A stretch of DNA of 39,701 bases, from positions 13,792 to 53,492 of the forward strand of contig MHUY01000016.1 in assembly GCA_001825115.1 (NCBI GenBank), read 5' to 3'. Origin of the DNA: Candidatus Yonathbacteria bacterium RIFOXYC2_FULL_47_9. GTDB lineage: Bacteria > Patescibacteriota > Minisyncoccia > Phycocordibacterales > UBA1550. A program made the position numbers and the translations under genes. The first letter of the stretch is position 1. Every line of letters begins with the position of its first letter. Below, piece by piece: positions 1 through 9,135 of the stretch. The notes beneath the pieces were generated by a model. The model was not told the DNA's origin. It was given only the letters and a program-made list of their open reading frames with translations, and searched no databases.

Positions 1-756
1 CATAGCTGTGGACTCATTCGCACACCCGAGCACGGTGAGCACGAGACGTGTCCTACGTGTGCGGGGTGGCGCCTCGAGCCATTAGGCATCGGCATTGAAC
101 GCATAGAAGAAGAAGTCGCAAAACTTTTTCCTGACGCGCCCCGCTTCGTCTTTGACGGTGACCGTGTAAGGACCCGCGCGCAAGCGCGCAAACTCATTGC
201 CCAATTTGAGAAGTCTATCGGAGGTATCCTCATCGGCACCCCTATGGCCGTTTCCTATCTTTTCTCAGTACCGCGCACCGCGATCATTTCCATTGACTCC
301 CTTTTTGCAATTCCTGACTTTCGTATGAACGAACGCATCTTTGCGCTCATTCTCGCACTTCGCGAAAAAACAACCAAGGCTCTTCTCGTGCAAACACGCA
401 TGGACGACACGACCCTTCTCGAGCAGGCGCTCAAAGGCGACTTGCTCGCATTTACCGAAGACGAGCTTGGTCTCCGTAAAGCCTTTTCATACCCACCCTA
501 CGGCACCATCATCAAGATCACCCTTCGCGGTAAACGCGCCGAGCTTCCTCAAGAAGTTGAGCGCCTCAAAGCTTATCTCCTTGAGTACACCCCTATCTCT
601 CCTCAAACCATAACGCGTGAACCTAAGAATATGTTTCGTATGCACCTCATTCTAAAACTTGCCGAAACAGTATGGCCCAACGATAAGCTACTCGCCAAAC
701 TCCGCGCCCTCCCCCCACAATTCACCATTGAGGTAAACCCCGATCACTTGTTATAA
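1..756 (+). CDS. priA: Primosomal protein N' (PriA helicase), C-terminal fragment entering from the left edge
   Basis: Frame 1 is open from base 1 into ORF 244..756. My translation of 1-243 is HSCGLIRTPEHGEHETCPTCAGWRLEPLGIGIERIEEEVAKLFPDAP...ILIGTPM. That is a Cys-cluster zinc module, then G-x-G-x-E-R-x-EEE...FP, then ILIGT, which is the layout of the PriA C-terminal half. It is followed by def-fmt. Confidence 0.7.
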   Translation, partial: HSCGLIRTPEHGEHETCPTCAGWRLEPLGIGIERIEEEVAKLFPDAPRFVFDGDRVRTRAQARKLIAQFEKSIGGILIGTPMAVSYLFSVPRTAIISIDSLFAIPDFRMNERIFALILALREKTTKALLVQTRMDDTTLLEQALKGDLLAFTEDELGLRKAFSYPPYGTIIKITLRGKRAELPQEVERLKAYLLEYTPISPQTITREPKNMFRMHLILKLAETVWPNDKLLAKLRALPPQFTIEVNPDHLL

Positions 757-794
757 CTTCAAAAACGTATCTAAATGTGTTATGGTTTCCCCAT

Positions 795-1394
795 ATGGTA
801 ACGATCGTTCAAAAAGAAGCGCCGGTACTGCGTGCACACGCGGAACCCGTCAATCCAAAAGACTTTGATTCTCCACGCTTAAAAAAGATCCTTGACGACA
901 TGAAGGCTGCCCTCGAAAAAGAAGAGGACGGCGTCGCGATAGCTGCACCGCAGATTGGCGTGCCCCTCCGTATTTTTGTCGTCTCACATCGCGCTTTTGA
1001 GTTTATCGAGGACGATATTCATGCCGAAGATATGCATAACACCACCTCGAGACCCATAGCGGCGCATAAAAAATCTCCCGCGCACGACATGGTCTTTATT
1101 AACCCGGAGATTACCAAGCTCTCGCGCAAAAAAGTGTGGGTCCCCGAGGGTTGCCTCTCGGTCCGCTGGCTCTATGGCGAGACCTCACGCGCCGACAAAG
1201 CGACCGTGCGCGCCTACGATGAGCATGGTAAACTTTTTACTCGTGGTGGCAGCGGCCTTATGGCGCAAATATTCCAGCACGAGACTGACCACCTAAACGG
1301 CATCCTCTTTATTGACCACGCACGCAATGTCGAAAAGATTACTAAAGAAGAAATGGAGCGTCAGCGTCTCGAACACGAAGGACACGGTCACTAA
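795..1394 (+). CDS. def: Peptide deformylase
   Basis: The three deformylase motifs occur in order: GVAIAAPQIG, EGCLSV, QHETDHLNG. The ORF-track start at 777 is GTG; the first ATG at 795 gives MVTIVQKEAPVLR. There is roughly a 20-aa insertion between motifs 1 and 2. Confidence 0.9.
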   Translation: MVTIVQKEAPVLRAHAEPVNPKDFDSPRLKKILDDMKAALEKEEDGVAIAAPQIGVPLRIFVVSHRAFEFIEDDIHAEDMHNTTSRPIAAHKKSPAHDMVFINPEITKLSRKKVWVPEGCLSVRWLYGETSRADKATVRAYDEHGKLFTRGGSGLMAQIFQHETDHLNGILFIDHARNVEKITKEEMERQRLEHEGHGH

Positions 1395-1397
1395 AAT

Positions 1398-2273
1398 ATG
1401 AATACTTCAAATCTCCACATCGCCTTTTGGGGCACTTCGCGCTTTTCGATAATCGTCCTTGAAGAAATGGCGCGCGAGGGCTTCCTCCCATCCCTCATCA
1501 TCACCGCACCCGCAAAGCCAAAAGGACGCGGACTCGAGCTCACCCCGAGTGAGGTAAAAGTATGGGCGGATGCACACAATATCCCAACTCTTGAACCATC
1601 TGATATTCGTACTGAGGAATTTGCAAAATCTCTTGGCACCGACTGGGACCTTTTTCTTGTTGTCTCGTATGGCAAGATTATTCCCCGTACAATCCTTGAC
1701 ATGCCTCACCACGGTACCCTGAATGTACACCCTTCGCTCCTTCCAAAGCTCCGTGGCGCATCCCCCATCCAAGGCGCGATCTTAGAAGACTGCCCCGTAG
1801 GCCAACCTCACGAAGCGGGTGTAACCATTATGCAGATTGACGAAGAAGTCGACCATGGCCCTATTGTCGCACAAGAAAAAATGGTGATTGAAAACTGGCC
1901 ACCAAAGGCGAGCGAGCTCGAGGAGATCCTGGGGACCTTCGGTGGCAAGCTTCTCGTAAAAACAATTCCTGAATGGATTGCAGGAAAGATAACCCTACAG
2001 GAACAAGATCACGACAAGGCGTCGTACATAAAAAAAATTACCAAACAGAGCGGGCACATCGACCTCAGCGATGACCCCGAGCGTATGTATCGAAAGATCC
2101 GCGCCTTTAATATTTGGCCGCGTGCATATCTCCTTACGGAGCACGGCGGTAAAGAGATTCGTGTCATTGTGACCGAAGCACACATGGAAGAAAGTAAGCT
2201 CATTATCGACCGCGTCATCCCTGAAGGTAAGCGTGAAATGACCTACGCCGATTTTTTACGAGGACAGAGGTAA
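1398..2273 (+). CDS. fmt: Methionyl-tRNA formyltransferase
   Basis: The gene starts 4 nt after the def stop. It has the HPSLLPKLRGASPIQ formyltransferase motif, an N-terminal IAFWGTSRFS start and a C-terminal domain of the expected length. This is the classic def-fmt pair. Confidence 0.9.
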   Translation: MNTSNLHIAFWGTSRFSIIVLEEMAREGFLPSLIITAPAKPKGRGLELTPSEVKVWADAHNIPTLEPSDIRTEEFAKSLGTDWDLFLVVSYGKIIPRTILDMPHHGTLNVHPSLLPKLRGASPIQGAILEDCPVGQPHEAGVTIMQIDEEVDHGPIVAQEKMVIENWPPKASELEEILGTFGGKLLVKTIPEWIAGKITLQEQDHDKASYIKKITKQSGHIDLSDDPERMYRKIRAFNIWPRAYLLTEHGGKEIRVIVTEAHMEESKLIIDRVIPEGKREMTYADFLRGQR

Positions 2274-2280
2274 AAGAAAA

Positions 2281-2313
2281 AACCGGACAGTGTCTCACGA
2301 CATGTGTCCGGTT
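2281..2313. terminator. GC-rich hairpin, bidirectional terminator candidate
   Basis: AACCGGACA (2281-2289) pairs with TGTCCGGTT (2305-2313). It is flanked by an A-run on the left, so read on the minus strand it is followed by TTTTTTT. It lies directly after the fmt stop. Confidence 0.5.
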
Positions 2314-2600
2314 TGCGTTAAAAGATTTTTTTCGCACAGGGATTTCTCTAGTTTTATCCACACAACCTATTAAGTGTCTTCTGTGACATCAGGATAGTCA
2401 GAGGGTATGCTGAGCCTCGTCAGTAGATGAAACTATCTTTCAACAACCTGCCGCTCCTTTGGCTTAAGGGTGGAGCGCCACCCCAATTAAAGAACCCTCA
2501 TACTTCTCTCCCCTTTCTTTTTGATACTGAATTAACCTGAATCAATCATAGCACTTTTTACATATTTTGTCAATACGTACTGCACTGAGATGCGAGCTCC

Positions 2601-4346
2601 CTACCAGCTTCCCCCTCCACCACCGCCACCTCCACCACCCGACGATCCGCCTCCACCACTGCCTCCAGGCGCAGATGATAATGACGTTGTGGCAAAAGCA
2701 CCAAAACTTGCAAGAGAATTACTCAAAGTCCGCGCACTGAAATGTGAACTTGCGGGCCCCGAATACCACGATGGTGGCGTCGTATAGATACCCTCGAATT
2801 CTTTTGCCCATGCATTTTCAACCCCCAGCACCATCGCGTACGGCAAAAGTTTTTCAAATATCTCCGGTTTCTTTTCTGGCGCACTATGAAATGCTAACCG
2901 ATCTTTTTCAGCAATCTGTAAATACATTTTAAGACCAAGAAGCTGTTCTTTTGTTGCGACACCAATTTCCGTCTTTGCAGGACTCAATCGGTATATAATC
3001 AAAAATATTCCGATCGAAACAATAAGGCCAATAACGACGGGGGACAAAACCATTTGAGGGTAGACACTTGAAACAACATCAAAAATCCATATACCTGCAA
3101 AAGAAAGGAATACGGCAACCCCCACTGCCTTACCACCCTTCCCCATCCTTCCTAAATTTTTATAATACCCCTTCTTCAAAAGTAAGTTTGCTGTCGAATT
3201 CTTAAGAATAGGTATCTGTTTATAAAAAACATTCTTTAGTTTAGAAAGTGTCACCGATTCTGAATGACCGCTTGAAAATAGAGACGCGAGAAGTTCACTG
3301 TCGAAAGTATTTGCAACATCAGAAAAATCTTTCAACTTCTCAAGCTTATAGTCAGACAAATTAAATATGCCGAGAATCTTATTTTCAAGGTATACAATCT
3401 TGAGATACCCCTTTGTAGCGAGATACACGATCTCAGCTGAAATACTCCCCGCGGAGATATCTTCGTGGAGAATTCCTACGACCTCCATAGGAGTCAGGTC
3501 GCCGGGTACATCATAGTACGGAACGATAACTCCTGCCCCTTTGGGGTCACGCCCCTTTTGACACCAATACCGAAACGAGAAGAAAAAAGTGCCAATAATC
3601 ATCAATATTGAAATAACCCACGGCAAATAAACAAGGAACATATCCGTAACGATACTCAACGGTTGATAGGGTACGACGGTCCCTTTTGGGAAACCAACAG
3701 CCACCGTAAGGCCTTCCCCGGGGTTGAGGACACTAGGCACAGCAAACACAACAGACGTATTGCTTTCGATAGACGACGAACACTTGTTTGTACTTCCTTT
3801 TATCCCAACGTAACAAGCCTCTTGAATTATCGACGGGGTTATCGACGGAGGCAGGGTAACTCTTGCGCGGGCGGCGTATATCGGCATACCCCACTCATTG
3901 CCGGTAACATTCCAATAGACCTCATCTAGGTCCTCCAGTTTAGCAACTGCATTTGTTCCATGATAGGTGACGAGGTATGTTTTTTCACCCCTGAATGTTG
4001 TGTTTGGGTCGCCTATTTTTATGCGAATGTTTTTCCCAACATTTGAAACCTGGAATTGATATGGGGCTCCGCTCTCATCCACAACCACCACATCCTTGAT
4101 GATCATTTTTTTACCCTCAGAAGAGTACGGGTATATGTCACGATAAATACCATGATGTTCAGCGGGTCCTGTTTGGTAGATGATTTTTTCTGTAACATCG
4201 ATAGAGTTATCAGTATTAACGATGATATCTGCATCAAAAAAAGTAATGGCTTCTTGGTTTTGACCAATCATTTGTGCCGACACAAAGAACGGAAACCCGA
4301 GAGCAAATATGACACCTGTTGCAAGCGTATTCCAAAAAATTTTCAT
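2601..4346 (-). CDS. DUF2207-family membrane protein
   Basis: The protein has a signal peptide (MKIFWNTLATGVIFALGFPFFVSAQ) and a DUF2207-like N-domain (DVTEKIIYQTGPAEHHGIYRDI). It also has several TM helices and the typical Gly/Ser tail ending GGGGGGGGGGSW. Confidence 0.75.
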   Translation of the reverse strand: MKIFWNTLATGVIFALGFPFFVSAQMIGQNQEAITFFDADIIVNTDNSIDVTEKIIYQTGPAEHHGIYRDIYPYSSEGKKMIIKDVVVVDESGAPYQFQVSNVGKNIRIKIGDPNTTFRGEKTYLVTYHGTNAVAKLEDLDEVYWNVTGNEWGMPIYAARARVTLPPSITPSIIQEACYVGIKGSTNKCSSSIESNTSVVFAVPSVLNPGEGLTVAVGFPKGTVVPYQPLSIVTDMFLVYLPWVISILMIIGTFFFSFRYWCQKGRDPKGAGVIVPYYDVPGDLTPMEVVGILHEDISAGSISAEIVYLATKGYLKIVYLENKILGIFNLSDYKLEKLKDFSDVANTFDSELLASLFSSGHSESVTLSKLKNVFYKQIPILKNSTANLLLKKGYYKNLGRMGKGGKAVGVAVFLSFAGIWIFDVVSSVYPQMVLSPVVIGLIVSIGIFLIIYRLSPAKTEIGVATKEQLLGLKMYLQIAEKDRLAFHSAPEKKPEIFEKLLPYAMVLGVENAWAKEFEGIYTTPPSWYSGPASSHFSARTLSNSLASFGAFATTSLSSAPGGSGGGGSSGGGGGGGGGGSW

Positions 4347-4388
4347 ACTTCATATTATATACCACGAACAATCTATCTGCCATGTAGT

Positions 4389-4430
4389 ACTACAAAAAAC
4401 ACCCCATTTTCGTGGGGTGTTTTTTGTAGT
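4389..4430 (-). terminator. Rho-independent terminator downstream of the PPIase gene
   Basis: ACTACAAAAAACACCCCA (4389-4406) pairs with TGGGGTGTTTTTTGTAGT (4413-4430). On the minus strand the GC core stem is followed by TTTTTT. Confidence 0.65.
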
Positions 4431-4441
4431 AGATTTTGGAA

Positions 4442-5089
4442 CTATTTGATTTCGATCTTCTCGATAATCATATCCTCTACAGGACGATCACCGGGCATAG
4501 TCTTGGTATTCTCAATTGCGGTCACCACATCCATCCCTGCTGCAACACGACCAAAGACGGTGTGTTTAGTATCAAGGAAGTTGTTGTTTGCCGTGTTGAT
4601 GAAGAACTGACTGCCATTGGTATTAGGGCCAGCGTTTGCCATAGAGATGGTGCCGATATCATTTCTGTTCTCAGCATGAATCTCGTCAGCAAACTGGTAT
4701 CCAGGACCACCTGTCCCCCAGCCCGCCTGCTTTGCGGTGTCTTTTGAGAGTGGGTCACCACCCTGAATCATAAAGCCTTTAATCACGCGATGGAAGCGCG
4801 TACCGTTGTAAAATCCTTCATTTGAAAGTTTTACAAAGTTCTCAACAGTCTTTGGTGCCTTGTCGGCAAAGAGTTCGAGCGTAACAACGCCTTTATTGGT
4901 AGTAACGATTGCAGTAGTCATAGTTTTAATTGAATTGGCTTCTAATTTAGTGGTTGTGGTGGTTGTGGGTTCTGTAACTACGGGGATTTGCTCTATTGGC
5001 TGCAGAGTTTTCTGTGAGCCACTAACCCATACCACAAACCCGATAATAGCAACAGCAACAACGATAAGAATCATATTGGTTGTCTTCAT
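4442..5089 (-). CDS. Cyclophilin-type peptidyl-prolyl cis-trans isomerase, membrane anchored
   Basis: Cyclophilin blocks FHRVIKGFMIQGGDP and GTISMANAGPNTNGSQFFI are present. There is an N-terminal TM helix plus a Thr-rich linker. The 5119 start is TTG and overlaps hpf, so the ATG at 5089 is preferred. Confidence 0.9.
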   Translation of the reverse strand: MKTTNMILIVVAVAIIGFVVWVSGSQKTLQPIEQIPVVTEPTTTTTTKLEANSIKTMTTAIVTTNKGVVTLELFADKAPKTVENFVKLSNEGFYNGTRFHRVIKGFMIQGGDPLSKDTAKQAGWGTGGPGYQFADEIHAENRNDIGTISMANAGPNTNGSQFFINTANNNFLDTKHTVFGRVAAGMDVVTAIENTKTMPGDRPVEDMIIEKIEIK

Positions 5090-5102
5090 AATACTTGTTG
5101 GA

Positions 5103-5474
5103 TTATTTCTCGCGTCCAAAACGGAGAAGGTTCTTGATCATGCCCGCACCGCGGCGTGCAAGACTGCGTTCTTTTGTCTTGTAGGAAGTGAGCTCTCTCA
5201 TGAGCTCGGCACGCATATCATCAATGGCCGCGTAAAGGTCGTCTTTTTTAGAGACCGCACGAAATTGTTTACCGCGTACCGTCATTGATACTTCAGCACG
5301 GAAAATATCACCTGACTGATGATGATTGGTTGTCTTTCCGATCTCAACATACAGAAGTGGGTTTTCCTCATCGTGTGGAATCGCAAACTTTTCGAGACTC
5401 TGAAGCTTTTCTTCGACATACGAAGATATCGCATCCGTCATCTCAATATTAATTGTTTTTATTTTGATCTGCAT
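5103..5474 (-). CDS. hpf: Ribosome hibernation promoting factor (short HPF/RaiA type)
   Basis: The protein is 123 aa. MQIKIKTINIEMTDAISSYVEEKL and the overall pattern match the HPF/sigma-54 modulation protein family. Confidence 0.85.
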   Translation of the reverse strand: MQIKIKTINIEMTDAISSYVEEKLQSLEKFAIPHDEENPLLYVEIGKTTNHHQSGDIFRAEVSMTVRGKQFRAVSKKDDLYAAIDDMRAELMRELTSYKTKERSLARRGAGMIKNLLRFGREK

Positions 5475-5566
5475 AGATCTATTATATCGTCAAACGAAGA
5501 GCGGTGCAAACAAAAAATGTTTTGTTTATTCCGTCCGAGTGCCGACGATATATAGTACTCTATATA

Positions 5567-5794
5567 TCACTTCGAATCAGGAATCGACAAGATTTTCCCC
5601 GGACTGTGGTGCCCAGAAATAATCCGTATCTGCTTTGGATTGATGCTGAAGTACGCCGCAACAAGCTCGAGAACCCGCCTATTGGCAAGGTTTTGTTCTG
5701 CGGGATCTTTGACCGATACCAAAAAGGAATCCTCCGAGACTTTCTCGAGTGATTCCTTTTTGGCTCCTGCCGCTACGCGGACCCTGATATACAT
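5567..5794 (-). CDS. DUF167 (YggU-like) family protein
   Basis: The protein is 75 aa. IRVRVAAGAKKESL...VSVKDPAEQNLANRRVLELVA...IISGHHSPGKIL fits the DUF167 pattern (AN-x-x-h-x-x-h-h, G-x-x-S-x-x-K). Confidence 0.7.
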   Translation of the reverse strand: MYIRVRVAAGAKKESLEKVSEDSFLVSVKDPAEQNLANRRVLELVAAYFSINPKQIRIISGHHSPGKILSIPDSK

Positions 5795-5801
5795 TCCTAG
5801 A

Positions 5802-7235
5802 TTAGATTACCTCCACAAGAGACATGTTGGTGCCGCCCGTACGACCAAAGGGTACTCCTGCAGCAATGACCACCTTGTCACCCTTTTTCGCAAATTTGTT
5901 TTTAAGAACGTACGCACGAACAGTCTTCATTACCTCATCAATCGTGGTGAGCTTTTCAATGTGTACGGGGTAACAACCGAACGAGAGTGCCACTTGCTCT
6001 ATGACGTGACGTTTTGGACTCATTACGATTATTGGTTGTTCTGGACGATAGCGAGAGATCATGCGCGCGGTGAGTCCGGACTCAGTAAGAGCAATAATTG
6101 CCTTTGCACCTATCGTTGATGCGGTAGAAACTGCCGCAAAGGTCACGGCATCTACAATATCCTTGTAGCTACTGTCGGTGCCACTTTCTGCCGAAAAAAT
6201 ATCACCGTAGAGGGCTTCGCGATGAGGATAGTTTTGCTCCACCATATTGGCAACCTTTGCCATCATCGCAACCGCCTCCGTAGGATATTCTCCAAGAGCG
6301 GACTCCTCCGAAAGCATTACGGCATCTGCCCCATCAAGAATAGAGTTTGCAACATCTGAAACCTCGGCGCGTGTTGGCACCGGCGACTTGATCATCGACT
6401 CCATCATTTGTGTTGCCACAATAACTGGCTTACCCGCAGCATTACATTTTTCAATGATCATCTTTTGCAAAATAGGTACTTGCTCTGCAGGCACCTCAAC
6501 CGCAAGGTCTCCACGAGCAACCATTACCCCATCCGCCTCGGCAATAATTGCATCAATATTTTCAATTGCCTCTTCTGTTTCGATCTTTGCAATAATCTTT
6601 CCTGTTGCTTTAGCTTTCGTCAAAATACCGCGAAGCTCGGTTACATCCGAAGGTCGGCGCACAAACGAAAGCGCAAAGAAATCAACCTTGTGCGCTACAC
6701 CAAAGAGAAGGTCTGTTTTGTCTTTTGCCGTCAAACAACTGATCTTGAGCGAGACACCAGGGAGATTCACGCCACGGCGGCCCTTGGTCTCTCCTCCTAC
6801 GATGACACGACATTTAATTTCTTCTCCTTTTACCTCAAGCACCTCGAGACGCTTCTTTCCGTCATCAAGAAGGATTGGGTCGCCTTTTTTGATTTCTTGA
6901 GGAAGCGCTTTGTAACTTACGAATGCTTTCGTCTCATCGCCCACGCATGCCTTGGTAGTGAGCGTAAAGATAGAACCATTTTTGAGCATAACGCGCTCCT
7001 GATAAAAATCACCAATACGAATCTTGGGACCCGAGAGATCTTGTAAAATAGAGATTGGCGCGCCAAGTTTTGTTGCCACCGCCTGAATGTTTTTCACTCG
7101 TACCGCATGCTCCTCATGAGTACCATGCGAAAAGTTTAGACGACATACATTCATTCCTGCCTTCACCAGGTTGGTAAGCATAATTTCACTTTCCGATGCG
7201 GGGCCGATCGTTGCTACAATTTTTGTCTTTTTCAT
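5802..7235 (-). CDS. pyk: Pyruvate kinase
   Basis: Signature blocks are KKTKIVATIGPAS, MNVCRLNFSHG and MVARGDLAVE, and the length fits the three-domain enzyme. The ORF-track start at 7265 is GTG, so the ATG at 7235 is preferred. Confidence 0.92.
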   Translation of the reverse strand: MKKTKIVATIGPASESEIMLTNLVKAGMNVCRLNFSHGTHEEHAVRVKNIQAVATKLGAPISILQDLSGPKIRIGDFYQERVMLKNGSIFTLTTKACVGDETKAFVSYKALPQEIKKGDPILLDDGKKRLEVLEVKGEEIKCRVIVGGETKGRRGVNLPGVSLKISCLTAKDKTDLLFGVAHKVDFFALSFVRRPSDVTELRGILTKAKATGKIIAKIETEEAIENIDAIIAEADGVMVARGDLAVEVPAEQVPILQKMIIEKCNAAGKPVIVATQMMESMIKSPVPTRAEVSDVANSILDGADAVMLSEESALGEYPTEAVAMMAKVANMVEQNYPHREALYGDIFSAESGTDSSYKDIVDAVTFAAVSTASTIGAKAIIALTESGLTARMISRYRPEQPIIVMSPKRHVIEQVALSFGCYPVHIEKLTTIDEVMKTVRAYVLKNKFAKKGDKVVIAAGVPFGRTGGTNMSLVEVI

Positions 7236-7317
7236 GGATGGGTTGCTTATAGTTAATGAGCCCACATTATATCAGAAAACGCTAGTCTCCGCAAAATAAG
7301 GCTCTATTCAGATATCT

Positions 7318-7345
7318 TTGCTTTTTTCGTCCATTTTGCTATGAT
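7318..7345 (+). promoter_or_regulatory. Candidate sigma70-type promoter for tRNA-Asn
   Basis: TTGCTT (7318-7323), a 16-nt spacer, then TGcTATGAT (extended -10, hexamer 7340-7345). The -10 hexamer ends 11 nt before the tRNA 5' end. Confidence 0.35.
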
Positions 7346-7356
7346 GCAAATTGTAT

Positions 7357-7428
7357 TCCGCGGTAGCTCAGTGGTAGAGCAAGCGACTGTTAATCGCTTG
7401 GTCGTAGGTTCGATCCCTACCCGCGGAG
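7357..7428 (+). tRNA. tRNA-Asn (anticodon GTT), no encoded CCA
   Basis: Hand-folded cloverleaf. Acceptor TCCGCGG/CCGCGGA; D arm GCTC-AGTGGTA-GAGC; anticodon arm AGCGA-CTGTTAA-TCGCT; variable loop TGGTC; T arm GTAGG-TTCGATC-CCTAC; discriminator G. Confidence 0.9.
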
Positions 7429-9105
7429 CATAGTAGAAAAAACAGGCTTTAAACGGTCTGTTTTTTCATTTAAGCCTTTAAATACAACGTAGTTTTTAGG
7501 TTCGAACTCTCCGTTTATTGCCTTCGCACATTTGATGCCTTCTACGAGTTTGTTTACCGCAATATCGTTATAAATACTAAGGTTTTCATCATCCCAGACT
7601 AGGTTCGAACCTAGTCTTGAGAGTATGTTTCTTTTTGCCTGCATACTCCCCTTCTCAAGTACTTCTTTCGTACAAAGAGTAAGGTCTACAATCTCGTTCA
7701 TCCGAGAAAACCAATCAACCCTACCTTTTCCATCACCAGCAACTGCATACTGTTTATTCAGCGCCAGTAAATCATCTTTGTATTCACCGTCAGTAATCTG
7801 TTCGTCGCGAAGCATGGCTCGCAAGCGAGTCTTCTTTGCTTCATATTTACTTTTATCTGCCTCCACCTTTTGCGCGATAAACACACTGTCGTTAATTTCC
7901 TTATCCTTTAATTCAACAATGTATTTTTTTGACCACTCAGCAAACTCCTTCGAAAAAGTCAGGTTGTCGTCGACAAACTTCACTAACTCTTCAGTAATCC
8001 TTGCCTCAGAAAGTGCTTTGTACGGTTGAGCAGCCTTCTTTTTCTTTACATTGTAATAGTAGGTAAAAGTGAGGTACTTTGGATTTTCCAGCTTTTCTAT
8101 TTCCCTCTCGCATTTAGGGCAATGGGTTCTATCCAAGTATGCAAACTTGTTCTTGCAATCACATATAACCTGGCACTTTACATCTTGCCCCATAAACGCT
8201 CCCTCGTCTGACTGAACAAACCCAGCGAAGGTCGTCTCATGACGTTGAGATTTTGGTATGTTTTTCTTCGAAAGAAGAGCTCTAACTTTCTCGTGCTCGC
8301 CCTCGGTAATAAGTCGAGGGAGCGAAGAATCAAGCTCGTATCGTTCACCGCCGTATGTGAAAAATCCAGCATAAGTAGGGTCCTTCAAAATCTCATATAT
8401 TCGCGAGAGAGTAATCGGTGCACCGCCAATTCTCTTTCTCTTCACCGTGGTCAATTTTAGCTCTTTTATGGCATACCTATGCAGCTTGCCTGCCGAGTAT
8501 GTCCCCGTTAAAAACATTTCAAACAACGTTTTTATTGCCTTGAGCCTCAGGTCATCAACAATCCACCTACGATTGCCCTTTTCCTCTGTTTTATCATTCA
8601 AGAACCCTAGTGTGGCAACTCCGTGCGGTACACCCATACTTGCCTTTTTCGTCTGCCCTCGCTTTACGTTCACCGAGAGGTCTTTAACAAACTGTTTCCC
8701 CTGACTGAACTCGACGGACATCACAATCACGTTATCCCAAGGGTAAAAAACTTTATCATGCGTGATGATTGCTTTTATAACCCCAGAACTCAGAAGGTCG
8801 ATGATCTGTCCCCCTTCGGTCATATTTCTTGCAAGGCGATCGAGCTTCCAGCAAACAATGGAGTCAATCTTTCCTGAAAAAACCATTTCCATCATTCTTG
8901 AAAACTCTTTTCGCTCGTGCTCTTTTTTAGCAGACTTACTTTCCTTAAAAACTTCAACAAACTTTGGGAGATTGTAGAAACTGGAAATCCTCGCTGCTTC
9001 ATCAATCTGACTATCAACAGAAAGCATCTGACGATCCTCCGCCTCCGAAGACTTACGGTTGTAATTCCCCACCTTCAACTTCGTGAAATCTATAGTGTTG
9101 TTCAT
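7417..9105 (-). CDS. Large serine recombinase (integrase)
   Basis: The N-terminal resolvase-type catalytic motif is YNRKSSEAEDRQ...SVDSQ. A central recombinase domain follows, then a zinc ribbon (CDCKNKFAYLDRTHCPKCE) and a coiled-coil tail. At about 560 aa it has the large serine recombinase architecture. Position 9111 is TTG and the ATG is at 9105. The stop codon (7417-7419) lies inside the tRNA T-stem. Confidence 0.85.
   Translation of the reverse strand: MNNTIDFTKLKVGNYNRKSSEAEDRQMLSVDSQIDEAARISSFYNLPKFVEVFKESKSAKKEHERKEFSRMMEMVFSGKIDSIVCWKLDRLARNMTEGGQIIDLLSSGVIKAIITHDKVFYPWDNVIVMSVEFSQGKQFVKDLSVNVKRGQTKKASMGVPHGVATLGFLNDKTEEKGNRRWIVDDLRLKAIKTLFEMFLTGTYSAGKLHRYAIKELKLTTVKRKRIGGAPITLSRIYEILKDPTYAGFFTYGGERYELDSSLPRLITEGEHEKVRALLSKKNIPKSQRHETTFAGFVQSDEGAFMGQDVKCQVICDCKNKFAYLDRTHCPKCEREIEKLENPKYLTFTYYYNVKKKKAAQPYKALSEARITEELVKFVDDNLTFSKEFAEWSKKYIVELKDKEINDSVFIAQKVEADKSKYEAKKTRLRAMLRDEQITDGEYKDDLLALNKQYAVAGDGKGRVDWFSRMNEIVDLTLCTKEVLEKGSMQAKRNILSRLGSNLVWDDENLSIYNDIAVNKLVEGIKCAKAINGEFEPKNYVVFKGLNEKTDRLKPVFSTMLRG
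7437..7466 (+). terminator. Hairpin plus T-run after tRNA-Asn
   Basis: AAAAAACAG (7437-7445) pairs with CTGTTTTTT (7458-7466). It lies inside the last codons of the recombinase ORF on the other strand. Confidence 0.45.
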
Positions 9106-9135
9106 AAACAAAAATGAGGTAACGACATTTAACTT

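Noticed and set aside
2411-2434. Hammerhead-ribozyme-like boxes were noticed: CTGACGAG on the minus strand (complement of 2416-2423) and GATGAAAC on the plus strand.
   Set aside because: The two boxes are on opposite strands, and no helix II or III arrangement or GAAA box follows in the right order.
2590-2787. A 65-aa ORF has a poly-proline run (PPPPPPPPPPPDDPPPP).
   Set aside because: It is the reverse complement of the Gly-rich C-terminal tail of the DUF2207 gene, so it is an antisense artefact.
6247-7046. Two long plus-strand ORFs (217 and 212 aa) lie here.
   Set aside because: Both lie entirely antisense within the clearly recognisable pyruvate kinase gene. Their composition is low-complexity and Ser/Arg-rich with no motifs.
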